Below, piece by piece: positions 1 through 10,875 of a stretch of 64,000 bases of DNA (its first letter is position 1; each line of letters begins with the position of its first letter). The notes beneath the pieces are model-generated. The model was not told the DNA's origin and did not search any database. It saw only the letters and a list, made by a program, of their open reading frames with translations. Location of the stretch: contig JBEKOM010000004.1 in NCBI GenBank assembly GCA_049521795.1, positions 59,078-123,077 on the forward strand. The letters run 5' to 3'. The translations under genes and the position numbers were made by a program. Origin of the DNA: Candidatus Bathyarchaeia archaeon (GTDB lineage: Archaea; Thermoproteota; Bathyarchaeia; Bathyarchaeales; Bathycorpusculaceae).

Positions 1-294
1 CTTCCCCTGAATTACCTGTCCTTCACCTTTCCTTACCCCATTCCTGGAACGCCGCTCTTCGAAAGGGTGAGAGACAGGATGAATTCTGAAGATTGGAAGG
101 AGCCTGAAGGGTTTCATCTCATAAAGCACAAAATGCTCTTCCGTTCTCCTTTTTCTGAGGTCAAGCTGAAGTTTGCAATCTTCAAAGGCATGACACAGTT
201 CTATTTGCGGAAATACATGGGGAAAAGAGTTTACAGCCTATTGGGCAGACCGTATGAACGTCTCACGGATGCGTTGTACAGAATCTTGAATTGA
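1..294 (+). CDS. 3' end of a CDS entering from the left edge; C-terminal region resembles radical-SAM/B12-binding family enzymes (tentative)
   Basis: Frame 1 is open from base 1 (LPLNYLSFTFPYPIPGTPLFERV...) to the stop at 292-294. The P-x-PGT-x-LF segment is typical of the end of radical-SAM barrels. The Cys cluster would lie outside the window. Confidence 0.4.
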   Translation, partial: LPLNYLSFTFPYPIPGTPLFERVRDRMNSEDWKEPEGFHLIKHKMLFRSPFSEVKLKFAIFKGMTQFYLRKYMGKRVYSLLGRPYERLTDALYRILN

Positions 295-402
295 TTTTTC
301 CCCAGACTCTCAGTTTAGCAGAGTTCGGTTTCACAGACTTTCTGAAGCAACGCAAATGCGACCACTTCGCAGGCTGTTCTTGTTGTTAGATCTCGCCGTT
401 TT

Positions 403-1620
403 TCATCTCGCCGATATCAATCGGACCAGCAAAACGTTTGAAGCCAGCAGGATGACGGCGAAACCGAATGGAAAGACAATGTTGAAGTTCGTGATCAAAA
501 CCGCTGCTATTAACGGCGAGACAGCGCCCGGTCCGTCACTTGAGAGGAAATAGAGGGAGTAGGCTCTTCCTCCGCTGGATGTGTCTGCTAGAGACGCAAC
601 CATCGACGATGCCGGCGTCCACATTGCGTTTGAGAACAGTTGATAAGTGAAAAAGGAGACGATTGCGAGCGATGTCAGTGGGATGGTTATGAGGCCAAGA
701 AGGAATATAGCTTGTCCAACGTATATGAGCACGAGGGAGTTCTTCTCTCCGAACCTAGAGCTCAGATACCCGCCCACTAGTGAGCCTACGATGCCGACTA
801 ATGGTCCGGCGCCGAAGATTATGCTTGCCACGTCTAGGGCCAAGTGCCGCTGCGAAGTCATATAGGTCGTCATGAATGCGCCCACGCTGCCATTTGCCAA
901 GGCGTTTAATCCCATGGAAGCCATTAGGACTATGAATCCCAGAGTTATGAGGGACGATTTACGGGCACTGTGGTGGACTCCCCCATCGTCCGCGCTAATT
1001 TGGTCTTGTGTCGTTTCAGGCGGTCTCTTTGGAAGTCGCTGGGTTCTTGTTCTTACCAAGATCGCGGCCCAAGCCAAGAGTGGCACTGCAAAAAGAAGGT
1101 AGCAGAAACGCCAGCCAAACTGAATTAACAGCAGGCCCAGGGAAATGGTTCCCAGAGATTGGCCTATGCAACCAGAGGCCCCGTGCAATCCTATGGCGGC
1201 GCTCCTTTCCTTCGGGTCAGAAAACCATCCTTGGAGAATGCTTAGCCCTGGAGGGTGATAAAGTGTGACGGAAATCATGATCAGGGAAAGGGAGAAAACA
1301 AGAAACGCTGCCGTAGTTGATTGGCTTACAAGCACGGCGCCCAGTCCGCCCACAAGCACGCTCAAAATTATCAGACGTCTCGGTCCAAATCTGTCTGCAA
1401 AGATTCCGGCTGGCAAAGTGAAGATCAAACGGCAAAGGCTTGGAACTGTTATAATCAGTCCAGCGTCAAAGACCGACAGGTTAAACTCCTTAATGAAAAC
1501 TGGCACGAGTGCCGGATGCATGAGAAGAAAAACCTCGATCAGCATGTGGCTGATCCAAACCGTCGTAAAGGGCTTCACTGCTTCGTTTCTGACCTTGAAC
1601 AGATTCGTGTTCCTGAGCAC
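403..1620 (-). CDS. MFS-type transporter
   Basis: 405 aa with about 12 hydrophobic segments. There is a loop motif GIFADRFGPRR after TM2 and a central hydrophilic loop. Confidence 0.8.
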   Translation of the reverse strand: MLRNTNLFKVRNEAVKPFTTVWISHMLIEVFLLMHPALVPVFIKEFNLSVFDAGLIITVPSLCRLIFTLPAGIFADRFGPRRLIILSVLVGGLGAVLVSQSTTAAFLVFSLSLIMISVTLYHPPGLSILQGWFSDPKERSAAIGLHGASGCIGQSLGTISLGLLLIQFGWRFCYLLFAVPLLAWAAILVRTRTQRLPKRPPETTQDQISADDGGVHHSARKSSLITLGFIVLMASMGLNALANGSVGAFMTTYMTSQRHLALDVASIIFGAGPLVGIVGSLVGGYLSSRFGEKNSLVLIYVGQAIFLLGLITIPLTSLAIVSFFTYQLFSNAMWTPASSMVASLADTSSGGRAYSLYFLSSDGPGAVSPLIAAVLITNFNIVFPFGFAVILLASNVLLVRLISAR

Positions 1621-1741
1621 CCGACTTTCCTAACAATGTACATTAATAATACGATTTCTGTTCCAGTGCCTTCCTCAGGTTTCACGGGTATGCCAGTTTG
1701 TACGGCGAAAAACGATATTACTCGGGCCGCACTTCTAGGTT

Positions 1742-1954
1742 TCATTCATCCAATTCCGTGTATATCCTGTCCAGCTTCAGGCTTGCTCGTTTTCCAGCCA
1801 GCCTTAGCAGAACGTAGTGTAGAGTCTCATGAACTATTATGTTCTCGATCTCGCCTTCGTACAGCCCACCAAAAATGTAGACGATTCCGTAACCAGCATC
1901 GAAAACCCCGTGAATTGGGGGAAACTGAAAGACAAATTTCAGCGACTTGGCCAT
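1742..1954 (-). CDS. small hypothetical protein with an HExxH motif
   Basis: 70-aa ORF containing VHETLH. No other ORF explains this interval. Confidence 0.35.
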   Translation of the reverse strand: MAKSLKFVFQFPPIHGVFDAGYGIVYIFGGLYEGEIENIIVHETLHYVLLRLAGKRASLKLDRIYTELDE

Positions 1955-2151
1955 TTGTTGTTCCCTTCGTCATGCAGCGTTCTTGGTTCTTCTCCAAAAC
2001 AACCTAGAGCAGGATTCAGTATAAGTGGGATATTTCGGTCTGCAAAATATATCGGGCTCTTGAGGAACAATGGTTAAATAGAATGTCCCTATCATTCTGA
2101 GAATTGGTGCTTCGAAAATGGGGTATTTAGAAACACAACCGTAAACGCGTT

Positions 2152-3417
2152 TTGAAGCGTAGTGGACACCCCTTAGAACCCGTGAATGTTCTGGATAAAA
2201 AGTTTAGGGAAAGAGTGATTTCAAGCGCAGACCACCGAGTGCTAGGGCAACAGTTGGATCTGTTTTCGATAAGCGAGGACGTTGGATGTGGTTTGGTGCT
2301 GTGGCACCCGAACGGCACCGTTGTCCGCAACTTGATCAGAGATTACTGGGAGAATGAACACCTGCAGAACGGCTATCAGCTCGTGTGCACGCCACACATT
2401 GCACGCAGAGAACTGTGGCAGATCTCGGGGCATTTGGATTACTACAAGGATAACATGTACGTTTTCGAAAAGGACGGGGAAGGCTACGTTGTCAAGCCTA
2501 TGAACTGCCCACTTCACATCGCGATCTACAAGAGCAAGCCGAGAAGCTACAGAGAGCTGCCGATTCGCTACGCCGAGTGGGGAACGGTGTACAGGTACGA
2601 GCGGTCAGGAACGTTGCAGGGACTGCTACGAGTGAGAGGCTTCACGCAGGACGACGCGCACATCTTCTGCACGGTCGAACAGGTCACGCAGGAGATCCTG
2701 AACCTGCTGGACTTCACGAGGCACGTGATGCGGAAGTTCGGCTTCGAGAAACACCGCGTCTACCTTTCGACTCGTGACCCTGAACATCCTGAGAGGTACA
2801 TGGGCTCCGACAAGGAATGGACCGATGCTCAGAATGCTCTTGCAAAAGCACTGGAAGAGAAGCAAGTTGCCTATCAGGAGATGCCTGGGGAAGCCGTGTT
2901 CTACGGGCCGAAGATAGACATGAACATTGTTGACGCAGCAGGCAAGGAGTGGCAGTGCACGACGTTGCAGTTTGATTTCAACCTGCCTAAGAGGTTCAAT
3001 GTTACCTACGTCGGCGCAGACAACAAGCAACACGAAGTCGTGATGATTCACCGAGTGCTGTTAGGTGCTGTTGAAAGGTTCTTCGCGATACTGTTGGAGC
3101 ACTGTGGCGGCAGCCTACCAGTTTGGCTTGCACCCGTTCAAGTTGAGGTTATCCCCGTGACAGACGATTGCCTGGAGTATGCTGGCGCAGTTTGTGCGGA
3201 GCTGAGGACTCGCGGGGTGAGGGCCGAGGTTGACGAAAGCCCGGCTACTGTTGGCTACAAGATCAGGAGCGCAGAAGTTCGAAAGGTTCCCTTCATGGCA
3301 ATAGTCGGCAAACGCGAAGTCGAACAGCAGAAGGTGTCGGTCAGGAAACATGGGACAGGAAATGTCGGCTCAATGACTACTGACGAACTGGCCACACACA
3401 TGAAAAAACTGGAGTGA
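2152..3417 (+). CDS. thrS: threonyl-tRNA synthetase, catalytic plus anticodon-binding domains only (no editing domain)
   Basis: DHRVLGQQLDLF opens the core. Class-II motifs are present (YRYERSGTLQGLLRVRGFTQDDAHIF) and the C-terminal anticodon-binding domain is recognisable (VQVEVIPV...GYKIR...VPFMAIVG). The ORF has a TTG start, with an in-frame TAG at 2128-2130. Confidence 0.9.
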   Translation: MKRSGHPLEPVNVLDKKFRERVISSADHRVLGQQLDLFSISEDVGCGLVLWHPNGTVVRNLIRDYWENEHLQNGYQLVCTPHIARRELWQISGHLDYYKDNMYVFEKDGEGYVVKPMNCPLHIAIYKSKPRSYRELPIRYAEWGTVYRYERSGTLQGLLRVRGFTQDDAHIFCTVEQVTQEILNLLDFTRHVMRKFGFEKHRVYLSTRDPEHPERYMGSDKEWTDAQNALAKALEEKQVAYQEMPGEAVFYGPKIDMNIVDAAGKEWQCTTLQFDFNLPKRFNVTYVGADNKQHEVVMIHRVLLGAVERFFAILLEHCGGSLPVWLAPVQVEVIPVTDDCLEYAGAVCAELRTRGVRAEVDESPATVGYKIRSAEVRKVPFMAIVGKREVEQQKVSVRKHGTGNVGSMTTDELATHMKKLE

Positions 3418-3450
3418 CGGCTCTGATGGCCCTAGTTAATTGGTCAAAGT

Positions 3451-3909
3451 CTATTTGATCTCTTCGATCGCTCTCAGAACTTCTTCGGAGTGTTGCTTCA
3501 CGTCGACCTTGGGGAAGATGTGAGTGATCTTTCCCTCTTTGTTTATGATGAAGGTGACTCTTTTTGCTATGAACCCTCCGAATCCGAGGACGCCGTAGGC
3601 TTTGGCAACTTCCTTTTTGCTGTCGCTGAGTATGTCAAATGGCAGGTTGTATTTTTCCGAGAACTTCTCATGTGATTCTACGCTGTCAACGCTGACTCCG
3701 ATCACGACGGCGCCCTTTTCTTCGAAAGGCTTGTAATTATCCCTGAAGCTGCATGCTTCAGTCGTGCAGCCCGACGTAAAGTCCTTTGGATAGAAGTAAA
3801 GCACCACGACGTTTTTTCCGAGGAAGTCTTTTAGACTCACCGGTCGACCCTCTTCATCCAACAAAGAGAAGTCTGGGGCTGTGTCTCCAACTTTCAGCTC
3901 CGTCAACAA
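3451..3909 (-). CDS. bcp: peroxiredoxin, Bcp type
   Basis: APDFSL...VVLYFYPKDFTSGCTTEACSFRD, with the peroxidatic Cys in a T-x-x-C context. Confidence 0.9.
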   Translation of the reverse strand: MLTELKVGDTAPDFSLLDEEGRPVSLKDFLGKNVVVLYFYPKDFTSGCTTEACSFRDNYKPFEEKGAVVIGVSVDSVESHEKFSEKYNLPFDILSDSKKEVAKAYGVLGFGGFIAKRVTFIINKEGKITHIFPKVDVKQHSEEVLRAIEEIK

Positions 3910-4237
3910 GTTCTACCTCAATGGAACAATGCTTTATTTGCAGATTTAGGCTTTCTGGCGTCCCGTTGGTGAATTCGTCGCTTCTCTCCTTACTTCTCTG
4001 ATCTACCTTCTTGTTCCAGCGCCGATTCAACGAGTAGGCTTATCACGCTCAATGCCTAGGCCACACCTCGTTCCTGCACTGGTGTTTTCACTCGTCTAAC
4101 ACTACCCCTCTCTATTTTTTTCTCAGTAAGTAATATTAACAAGTCTTAGGCTGGTGTTTGAGCGCTACATTTTGGCGGTTGCTGTGCAATTCTAATATAG
4201 CGATTTGTTCCAAAGTATATGCGAGTAGTGGATTCGA

Positions 4238-4711
4238 TTGGTGACCTTGACTGATTGGACTGCGATTCTTTCAGCCTTGGCAGGTGTGTCCGCAACGGTG
4301 TTCATTCTCCTCCAGCTTAGGCACATGGAGCAGCACAGAGACCTTGAGGTTTCTATGAAATTGTTCGAGTGGGCAGAGACCGAGAGACTTCGTAAAGCTT
4401 TCAGGTGGGTCGAGGAAGAGTTTCAGTTTGAGAACTATGAGAAGTACAAGGCTGAAGAAACCAAGAGTTTTGAGGTGAGCGATTATCCCTACGAGGTTGA
4501 AGCCTATTTTGAGGAGGTCGGTTTTCTCGTCGTCAAAAAGTTCGTGGACCTCAACATCATTGTTGACCGCCTCGGCTCTTACATCATCGCGGACTGGAAG
4601 AGGCTGGAGCCATGGATTTTGGCCCTCAGAAAGGAGAGGGGCGACGAGACGTTCGGTGAACACTTCCAGAAACTGTATCAAAAAACAGTTGAATCCATGG
4701 AAAAGCGTTGA
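4238..4711 (+). CDS. hypothetical protein with an N-terminal membrane anchor
   Basis: 157-aa ORF with one N-terminal TM segment followed by an acidic helical domain. No family recognised. Confidence 0.5.
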   Translation: MVTLTDWTAILSALAGVSATVFILLQLRHMEQHRDLEVSMKLFEWAETERLRKAFRWVEEEFQFENYEKYKAEETKSFEVSDYPYEVEAYFEEVGFLVVKKFVDLNIIVDRLGSYIIADWKRLEPWILALRKERGDETFGEHFQKLYQKTVESMEKR

Positions 4712-4795
4712 AAGGGAGAAGACGCGCGTGCTGAAACATATATATCTCTGTTTGCATACGCTAGAAAACTAGCCGGTTATTCGGAGATTATTCAA

Positions 4796-5338
4796 ATGGG
4801 CGAAGAGCAGGAAGAACAGCCAAAGAGCGATGAACAAATCGAATCGCTCAAAGAGGCTGTGGAAACGGAGAAGAGACGTTCAGAAGATTACCTTACGCAG
4901 TTGAAGTATGCCCAAGCGGACATCGAGAATCTCAAGAAGAGGTTCGACCGGCAAGTATCTGAAGTGAGGCAGTACGCTAATGAACGCTTAGTAATTGAAC
5001 TGTTGGATGTCGTTGATGAGTTGGAGTTGGCCATCAAATCTGGCCGCTCTTCAGGCTCTGCGGAAGCGCTGATCCAAGGCGTTGAGTTGACCCTCAAGAA
5101 GCTCCGAAAAATCTTGGAAAACGAGGGTGTCGTGCCGATAAAGTGCGTAGGTGAAGCTTTCGACCCTTCAAAACACAGCGCTGTTGCGAAAATCGAAAAG
5201 GAAGGCGTCGAAGGGTGTAAGATAGTTGAAGAAGTGCGGAAGGGCTATACGATGAGAGAAAAGGTGATTAGACCGAGCATAGTTAAGGTTGTCGTGAAAC
5301 CTTCAAAATCACAAGAGGAGATGAATTCAAATGAGTAG
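4796..5338 (+). CDS. grpE: nucleotide exchange factor GrpE
   Basis: [13 protein letters not shown]...[12 protein letters not shown]...G...F.P..H.A motifs. The gene overlaps the dnaK start by 8 bp. Confidence 0.9.
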   Translation: MGEEQEEQPKSDEQIESLKEAVETEKRRSEDYLTQLKYAQADIENLKKRFDRQVSEVRQYANERLVIELLDVVDELELAIKSGRSSGSAEALIQGVELTLKKLRKILENEGVVPIKCVGEAFDPSKHSAVAKIEKEGVEGCKIVEEVRKGYTMREKVIRPSIVKVVVKPSKSQEEMNSNE

Positions 5339-7220
5339 TGTGAAACCCGGGGAAAGAATTCTGGGCATAGACTTGGGAACTACAAACTCTGCGGCCGCCA
5401 TCTATGAAGGCGGAAGGGCCACTGTGATCCCTAGTGCTGAAGGGCCTACGATGGCTGGCAAGATGTTTCCTTCAGTCGTCGCGTTCACCAAGGATGGCAC
5501 GCTTCTAATCGGCGAATCGGCGAAGAGGCAGGCGACGGCGAATCCTGAAGGCACGATATATGAAATAAAGAGGAAAATGGGAACTGACTACAAAGTAACC
5601 ATAGCGGGGAAGGAATACACTCCTCAACAAATCTCTGCATTCATACTGCAGAAGATAAAAAAAGACGCTGAAACGTACTTGGCCACCACGCTAAGGAAGG
5701 CCGTGATAACGGTCCCCGCTCACTTCAATGATAACCAACGTCAAGCCACGAAAGACGCGGGAGAAATAGCCGGCTTCGAAGTTGCAAGGATAATAAACGA
5801 GCCGACCGCGGCCTGTTTGGCCTACGGGATCGATAAGCTGGAAAAGGAGATGAAGATTCTTGTTTTCAGCTTTGGCGGCGGCACACACGACGTCACTGTT
5901 ATGGATTTCGGCAAAGGAGTATTCCAAGTGCTCTCAACGAGCGGAGACACCCAGATCGGCGGCACAGACTTGGACAAAGCGGTAATGGACTTTCTCATAG
6001 AAGAGTTCCAAAGACAAACAGGCATAGACCTGCGAGGCGACAAAATGGCGATCTCTAGGTTGAAGGAGGCTGCTGAGAAAGCAAAGATAGAGTTGTCAAC
6101 TCTGATGACGACAGATATAGACCTGCCATTCTTACACACCGATGCCTCAGGACCCAAGCACCTTCACCTCACGTTGTCCAGAGCTAAACTTGAAGCCCTA
6201 GCTCAACCGATAGTCCAGAAGACGCAGCGCACGATGGTGAAAGCCCTTGAAGACGCGAAGCTGACTCCAAAAGACGTAGACAAGATAATTCTCATCGGCG
6301 GAATGACAAGGATGCCCTACGTTCAACGGTTTGTCGAGCAGATAATGGGAAAACCAGCAGAAAGAGGCATAGACCCGATGGAATGCGTCGCAATCGGTGC
6401 AGCAATACAGGGAGCCGTGCTGACAGGAGAGGTTAAAGACCTTTTGCTTCTTGACGTTACCCCACTCTCGCTCGGGGTTGAAACGCTTGGCCACGTGTTC
6501 ACAAGAATCATGGAGAAGAACACCACGATCCCGACGAGGCGAAGCCAAGTGTTCACGACGGCAGCAGACTTCCAGACAGCTGTTACGATACATGTTCTTC
6601 AGGGTGAACGCCAAATGGCACCTGACAACGTTTCCCTCGGCATGTTCAATCTGGAAGGCATCCCACCGTCTCCAAGAGGCGTACCGCAGATCGAAGTAAC
6701 CTTCGACATTGACGCGAACGGAATACTGAACGTGACGGCAAAGGACCTGGGCACAGGCAAGGTAGCGAAAATAACGATAACAGCCTCAACGAAGCTGTCC
6801 AAAGAAGAAAAAGAGCGGCTCATCAAAGACGCGGAGCAATTTGCCGAGCAAGACAAGAGGAAACGTGAAGAAGCTGAGGCCAGAAACAACGCTGACAACA
6901 TGATCTACACAGCGGAGAAAACCAAGAAAGACCTAGGAGAGAAACTCAATCAGGACCAAAAGAACAGGATAGATGCTGCAGTCTCGGCTCTGAAAGACGC
7001 ACTCGCCGGAACAGACACGGACAAGATCAAGGCAAAATCTGAAGAACTGATGAAAGTACTTCAAGAAGTCGGAACAACGATATATCAGCAGGCAGCTGCT
7101 GAACAGGCAAAGGAGCAGGGACAGCAAGGACAACCGGGACAACCCGGCGGAGAAGCAGCTCAAGAGCCCGGCCCAAGCGGAGACAAAGTGGTCGACTCAG
7201 AGGATTACAAGGTGAAATAG
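5331..7220 (+). CDS. dnaK: Hsp70 chaperone DnaK
   Basis: [15 protein letters not shown]-like [21 protein letters not shown], and a Gly/Gln/Pro-rich C-terminal tail. Confidence 0.97.
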   Translation: MSSVKPGERILGIDLGTTNSAAAIYEGGRATVIPSAEGPTMAGKMFPSVVAFTKDGTLLIGESAKRQATANPEGTIYEIKRKMGTDYKVTIAGKEYTPQQISAFILQKIKKDAETYLATTLRKAVITVPAHFNDNQRQATKDAGEIAGFEVARIINEPTAACLAYGIDKLEKEMKILVFSFGGGTHDVTVMDFGKGVFQVLSTSGDTQIGGTDLDKAVMDFLIEEFQRQTGIDLRGDKMAISRLKEAAEKAKIELSTLMTTDIDLPFLHTDASGPKHLHLTLSRAKLEALAQPIVQKTQRTMVKALEDAKLTPKDVDKIILIGGMTRMPYVQRFVEQIMGKPAERGIDPMECVAIGAAIQGAVLTGEVKDLLLLDVTPLSLGVETLGHVFTRIMEKNTTIPTRRSQVFTTAADFQTAVTIHVLQGERQMAPDNVSLGMFNLEGIPPSPRGVPQIEVTFDIDANGILNVTAKDLGTGKVAKITITASTKLSKEEKERLIKDAEQFAEQDKRKREEAEARNNADNMIYTAEKTKKDLGEKLNQDQKNRIDAAVSALKDALAGTDTDKIKAKSEELMKVLQEVGTTIYQQAAAEQAKEQGQQGQPGQPGGEAAQEPGPSGDKVVDSEDYKVK

Positions 7221-7273
7221 AGTTCTAGGCATACCTGATCTTGAAACTGCATCACCAGTCTGATGGTAAGGAG

Positions 7274-8395
7274 ATGGCCAGTAAAAGAGATTACTACGAG
7301 GTTCTCGGCGTTTCCAGAACCGCTTCTAAAGACGAAATCAAAGATGCTTACAGAAAGCTGGCGTTGCAATACCACCCAGACAGAAACAAAGCCGCCGACG
7401 CAGAGGAGAAGTTCAAGGAAATATCCGAAGCCTACGCCGTGTTATCAGACGACGAAAAGCGCACGCAGTATAATCAGCTAGGCCACGCAGGTTTTGACCA
7501 ACGCTACACCAGAGAGGACATATTCAGGGGCGCAGACTTCGAGTCCATATTCAGAGACATGGGCGGCGGCTTCGGTCTGGGAGACGTCTTCCGAGTCTTC
7601 TTCGGCGGAGGAGACTTTGAGGAAAGGGTCACAAGAGGCAGAGACCTAGCATACGACCTTGAGGTCACACTGGAAGAAGCAGCAAGAGGCGCCGAGAAGG
7701 AAATAGAGATCTCAAGAGCCGAAAAATGCGACGTCTGCGGAGGCAGTGGAGCGGCCCCAAACAGCCCGCCCAGAACCTGCCCTAGATGCAACGGAGCTGG
7801 AAGAGTACAGAGTACAACAAGAAACGCCTTCGGCACGTTTGTACGAGTCGTACCATGCCCCACGTGCGGCGGAAGAGGAAGGATCATAGACAAACTGTGC
7901 CCAAGGTGTAGAGGCAACGGTTTGATTGAGAGAGAACGAAGAATCACCGTGAAGGTGCCTTCAGGCATAGATGAAGGATATCAGCTTAGACTCTCAGGAG
8001 AGGGAGAAATGTCTGCAGAAGCAAGGTCTCCTGGGGACCTTTACGTTGTGATCCATATAGCCGCGCACCCGTACTTCAAGAGAGACGAAGATGATCTCCT
8101 CTACAGTCTAACGATAGGCTTCCCTCAAGCGGCCTTAGGCACAGATGTTTCAATCCCGACTCTTGAAGGAAACACCAGCTTCACAATTCACCCTGGAACG
8201 CAGCCAGGTGAAACAATCAGGCTGAGAGGGAAAGGCATGCCGAGGTTCAGAGGGTACGGGAGAGGCGACATGCTGGTACGAGTTGAGATAGAAGTCCCTG
8301 AGAAGTTGACTCAGCAACAGAGAACCCTGCTTGAACAGTTGGCCAAAGAATTTGAGCAAAGTGTGAAACCGAAGGGTCACAGGCTAAGGCTCTAG
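7274..8395 (+). CDS. dnaJ: co-chaperone DnaJ
   Basis: J domain (DYYEVLGV...YHPDRN), a G/F region and four CxxCxGxG zinc motifs. The ATG at 7274 is preceded by GGTAAGGAG. The track ORF starts earlier, at 7241. Confidence 0.95.
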   Translation: MASKRDYYEVLGVSRTASKDEIKDAYRKLALQYHPDRNKAADAEEKFKEISEAYAVLSDDEKRTQYNQLGHAGFDQRYTREDIFRGADFESIFRDMGGGFGLGDVFRVFFGGGDFEERVTRGRDLAYDLEVTLEEAARGAEKEIEISRAEKCDVCGGSGAAPNSPPRTCPRCNGAGRVQSTTRNAFGTFVRVVPCPTCGGRGRIIDKLCPRCRGNGLIERERRITVKVPSGIDEGYQLRLSGEGEMSAEARSPGDLYVVIHIAAHPYFKRDEDDLLYSLTIGFPQAALGTDVSIPTLEGNTSFTIHPGTQPGETIRLRGKGMPRFRGYGRGDMLVRVEIEVPEKLTQQQRTLLEQLAKEFEQSVKPKGHRLRL

Positions 8396-8462
8396 CAGTT
8401 TTAGTAACCCCAATTTTTCTTTGCCCGCTCAGTAGTTTTCGCACTAAACCTCATAGAAGCTT

Positions 8463-8777
8463 CTACATGACATCAAGTTGCCCCACAGTGTGATGCCCTA
8501 CCTCGTAACCTTCTTTTTCGCAGAATTCCAGAATCCTTGCAACAGCTCTCAAATCAATTGCTTTTATCCTCTCTTCTTCAGGTCCAACGATTTCGATGAT
8601 TATCCCGACGCCTGCGACTCCGCAGCAAGTGTGTACGTTCTTGTAGACTCTTATGTCGTAGTCTTTTGGAACTCCTATTTCCTTTACGGATTTCTTTATT
8701 TCGTTCACTAAGAAGTCGATCTGGTATGGGTGGTTCGCATTGACGAAATAGATTTCCCTGCAGCTTATTTTGGACAT
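8463..8777 (-). CDS. hypothetical 104-aa protein
   Basis: Its ATG immediately follows the stop of the upstream gene (TGA-ATG junction at 8775-8780). Contains HTCCGVAGVG. No family recognised. Confidence 0.5.
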   Translation of the reverse strand: MSKISCREIYFVNANHPYQIDFLVNEIKKSVKEIGVPKDYDIRVYKNVHTCCGVAGVGIIIEIVGPEEERIKAIDLRAVARILEFCEKEGYEVGHHTVGQLDVM

Positions 8778-9032
8778 TCATCTCCCCTTGAAAGTAATCA
8801 AAGTAATAGTCTCCTTTATCCCTTCAATGGTACGCAGTTTTGCGAAGACGAACTCGTCTAGGTTTTCAGTCGTGGGAAACGAAACTTCAACGTGTAAATC
8901 ATAGTGTCCATACGTAGGAACTGCACTGCAAATCCCCGGTAACTTCTTGACTTCTTTGAGTACAATTTCATCCTTTCCGGCTTCGACTTTTGCCAATACG
9001 TATGCGGTAACCAATTCATGCTCCCTTCTCAC
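8778..9032 (-). CDS. stand-alone Lrp/AsnC-type ligand-binding (RAM) domain protein
   Basis: 84 aa. AYVLAKVEAG...V...L..I..V....GHYDLHVEV......L.EFV...L..I.GI..T.T follows the pattern of the AsnC C-terminal domain. There is no HTH domain. Confidence 0.65.
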   Translation of the reverse strand: MRREHELVTAYVLAKVEAGKDEIVLKEVKKLPGICSAVPTYGHYDLHVEVSFPTTENLDEFVFAKLRTIEGIKETITLITFKGR

Positions 9033-9117
9033 GAGCGCCCGCGCGCAACAGATAGAAAGACATACTGTGTTAAATACTTCTTCGGTTCAAGAGGCTGCAA
9101 ACTAAGGGAAAAGCAAA

Positions 9118-9321
9118 ATGATTAAAGGGTTTTTCTACGTCGGCATTGCTTTGATAGTCATCGCATTGATACTTGGCGGAGTGCAAGATCTCCATGTTTA
9201 CAGCATTTACGGCAGTGGAGCAAACAAATGGTATTTCTACGGTTTTGTCGGAATCGTCTTCTTGATTGGCATTGCACTCGTGGTATGGTCCTACATGAAA
9301 AGGCAAAAGCCTCAAAAGTGA
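9118..9321 (+). CDS. small membrane protein
   Basis: 67 aa with two hydrophobic helices. Confidence 0.45.
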   Translation: MIKGFFYVGIALIVIALILGGVQDLHVYSIYGSGANKWYFYGFVGIVFLIGIALVVWSYMKRQKPQK

Positions 9322-9482
9322 CTATTATTCTGTAATCTCACGAGCACAGATTTCAATTGACCAGCAGTTCCGTATGTCAACTAGAATTGCATACATTGCA
9401 CGCGAAGCTCAAGAAATTGCAAATGGATGCTCAGAGTTGAGATCATCAGCCATGAGAAGAAAGAGAAGGGAGAATCACGCAA

Positions 9483-10772
9483 ATGGATGAGTACACTTCA
9501 AAAACTCGGACTTCGATGACTCTTTATGATAGGGCGAAAAAGGTTCTTCCCGCTGGTGTTTCTTACGGGATACGTTATTTTGAGCCATACCCCTTCTACA
9601 CTGCCAAAGCACACGGAAGTAGGCTTTGGGACGTTGACGGAAACGAGTACATCGATTTTTGGCTCGGACACGCTGCGCTTATCCTTGGACACAGCCCGAA
9701 GGAAGTTGTGAAAGTTGTCAAGAGACAACTGGAAAATGGAACTCACTACGGAACATCGCACGAACTGGAAATCGCGCTAGCTGAACAGGTTGTCAAAATG
9801 GTTCCGAACTCCGAAATGGTTCGCTTCACCAATTCTGGAACAGAAGCAAACATGTACGCTACCAGACTGGCGCGTGCGTTCACGGGCAGAGACACGATTG
9901 CCAAATTTGAAGGTGGATGGCATGGAGGTTACGACGCACTCCACGTGGGTGTGAAACAGCCCTTCGACCTTCCGGAATCGGCAGGCTTAACGCATGGGGC
10001 TCTTCAAGACACTGTTCTTTTGCCTTTCAACGACCTCGAAGGGGTTGAGAAGAGACTGAAAAACAAGCAGCCTGCCTCCATCGTTATCGAACCCGTGTTA
10101 GGAGCCGGAGGAGCAGTGCCAGCTGAAAAAGAATTCCTGAAAGGCTTGAGAGAATTCTGTGACAGGAAAGATATTCTACTGATCTTTGATGAAGTGATCA
10201 CGGGGTTCCGGTTGGCTCCAGGAGGGGGACAACAGTTCTACGGCGTAAACGCTGACATAACCGTTCTAGGAAAGATTCTGGGAGGAGGCTTCCCTGTTGG
10301 CGCTTTCTGCGGGTCGAAGAAGATAATGGAGAGGATAGACAACGTCGCCTACAAGCGTCCGGACTACTCTTTTCACGGAGGAACCTTCACCGGAAACCCG
10401 ATGACAATGATTGCAGGACTCACGACACTGAAAACCCTGGAAGATGGCAGGTTGACAAGCCGTCTCAACAGGCAGGGCGACGAAATCAGGAAGAGACTGC
10501 GACGGATCTTTGAAAAGCATAACGTAGACGCGCAAGTCGTTGGCTTGGGGTCCTTGTTTAATGTTCACTTCACAAAAGAGCGGATAAGAGATGCCCTCGC
10601 CGTCTTTCGAGCAGACAAGAAGAGGCTTCTCGAATACAACTTAGCATTAATGGCAAACGGAATCTTCTTCCTACCGACTCACTGCGGAGCCTTGAGCGCT
10701 GCCCACTCAGAAGCGGACGTCGAGAGACTTTTCAAGGAAACAGAGCACTATTTAGAACAATATGAAAAGTAG
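9483..10772 (+). CDS. hemL: class-III aminotransferase, glutamate-1-semialdehyde 2,1-aminomutase-like
   Basis: NSGTEANM, FDEVITGFR, and LGKILGGGFPVGAF carrying the PLP lysine. Confidence 0.75.
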   Translation: MDEYTSKTRTSMTLYDRAKKVLPAGVSYGIRYFEPYPFYTAKAHGSRLWDVDGNEYIDFWLGHAALILGHSPKEVVKVVKRQLENGTHYGTSHELEIALAEQVVKMVPNSEMVRFTNSGTEANMYATRLARAFTGRDTIAKFEGGWHGGYDALHVGVKQPFDLPESAGLTHGALQDTVLLPFNDLEGVEKRLKNKQPASIVIEPVLGAGGAVPAEKEFLKGLREFCDRKDILLIFDEVITGFRLAPGGGQQFYGVNADITVLGKILGGGFPVGAFCGSKKIMERIDNVAYKRPDYSFHGGTFTGNPMTMIAGLTTLKTLEDGRLTSRLNRQGDEIRKRLRRIFEKHNVDAQVVGLGSLFNVHFTKERIRDALAVFRADKKRLLEYNLALMANGIFFLPTHCGALSAAHSEADVERLFKETEHYLEQYEK

Positions 10773-10875
10773 CGCGAATGTGTGCAGCCTCCACTTGTTG
10801 ATATTCAATAGATAGGGGCGTTCTGAAAATCTTTATATTGATTTGAGACGTTTGGGCTAACCTAAGAAGATCACA

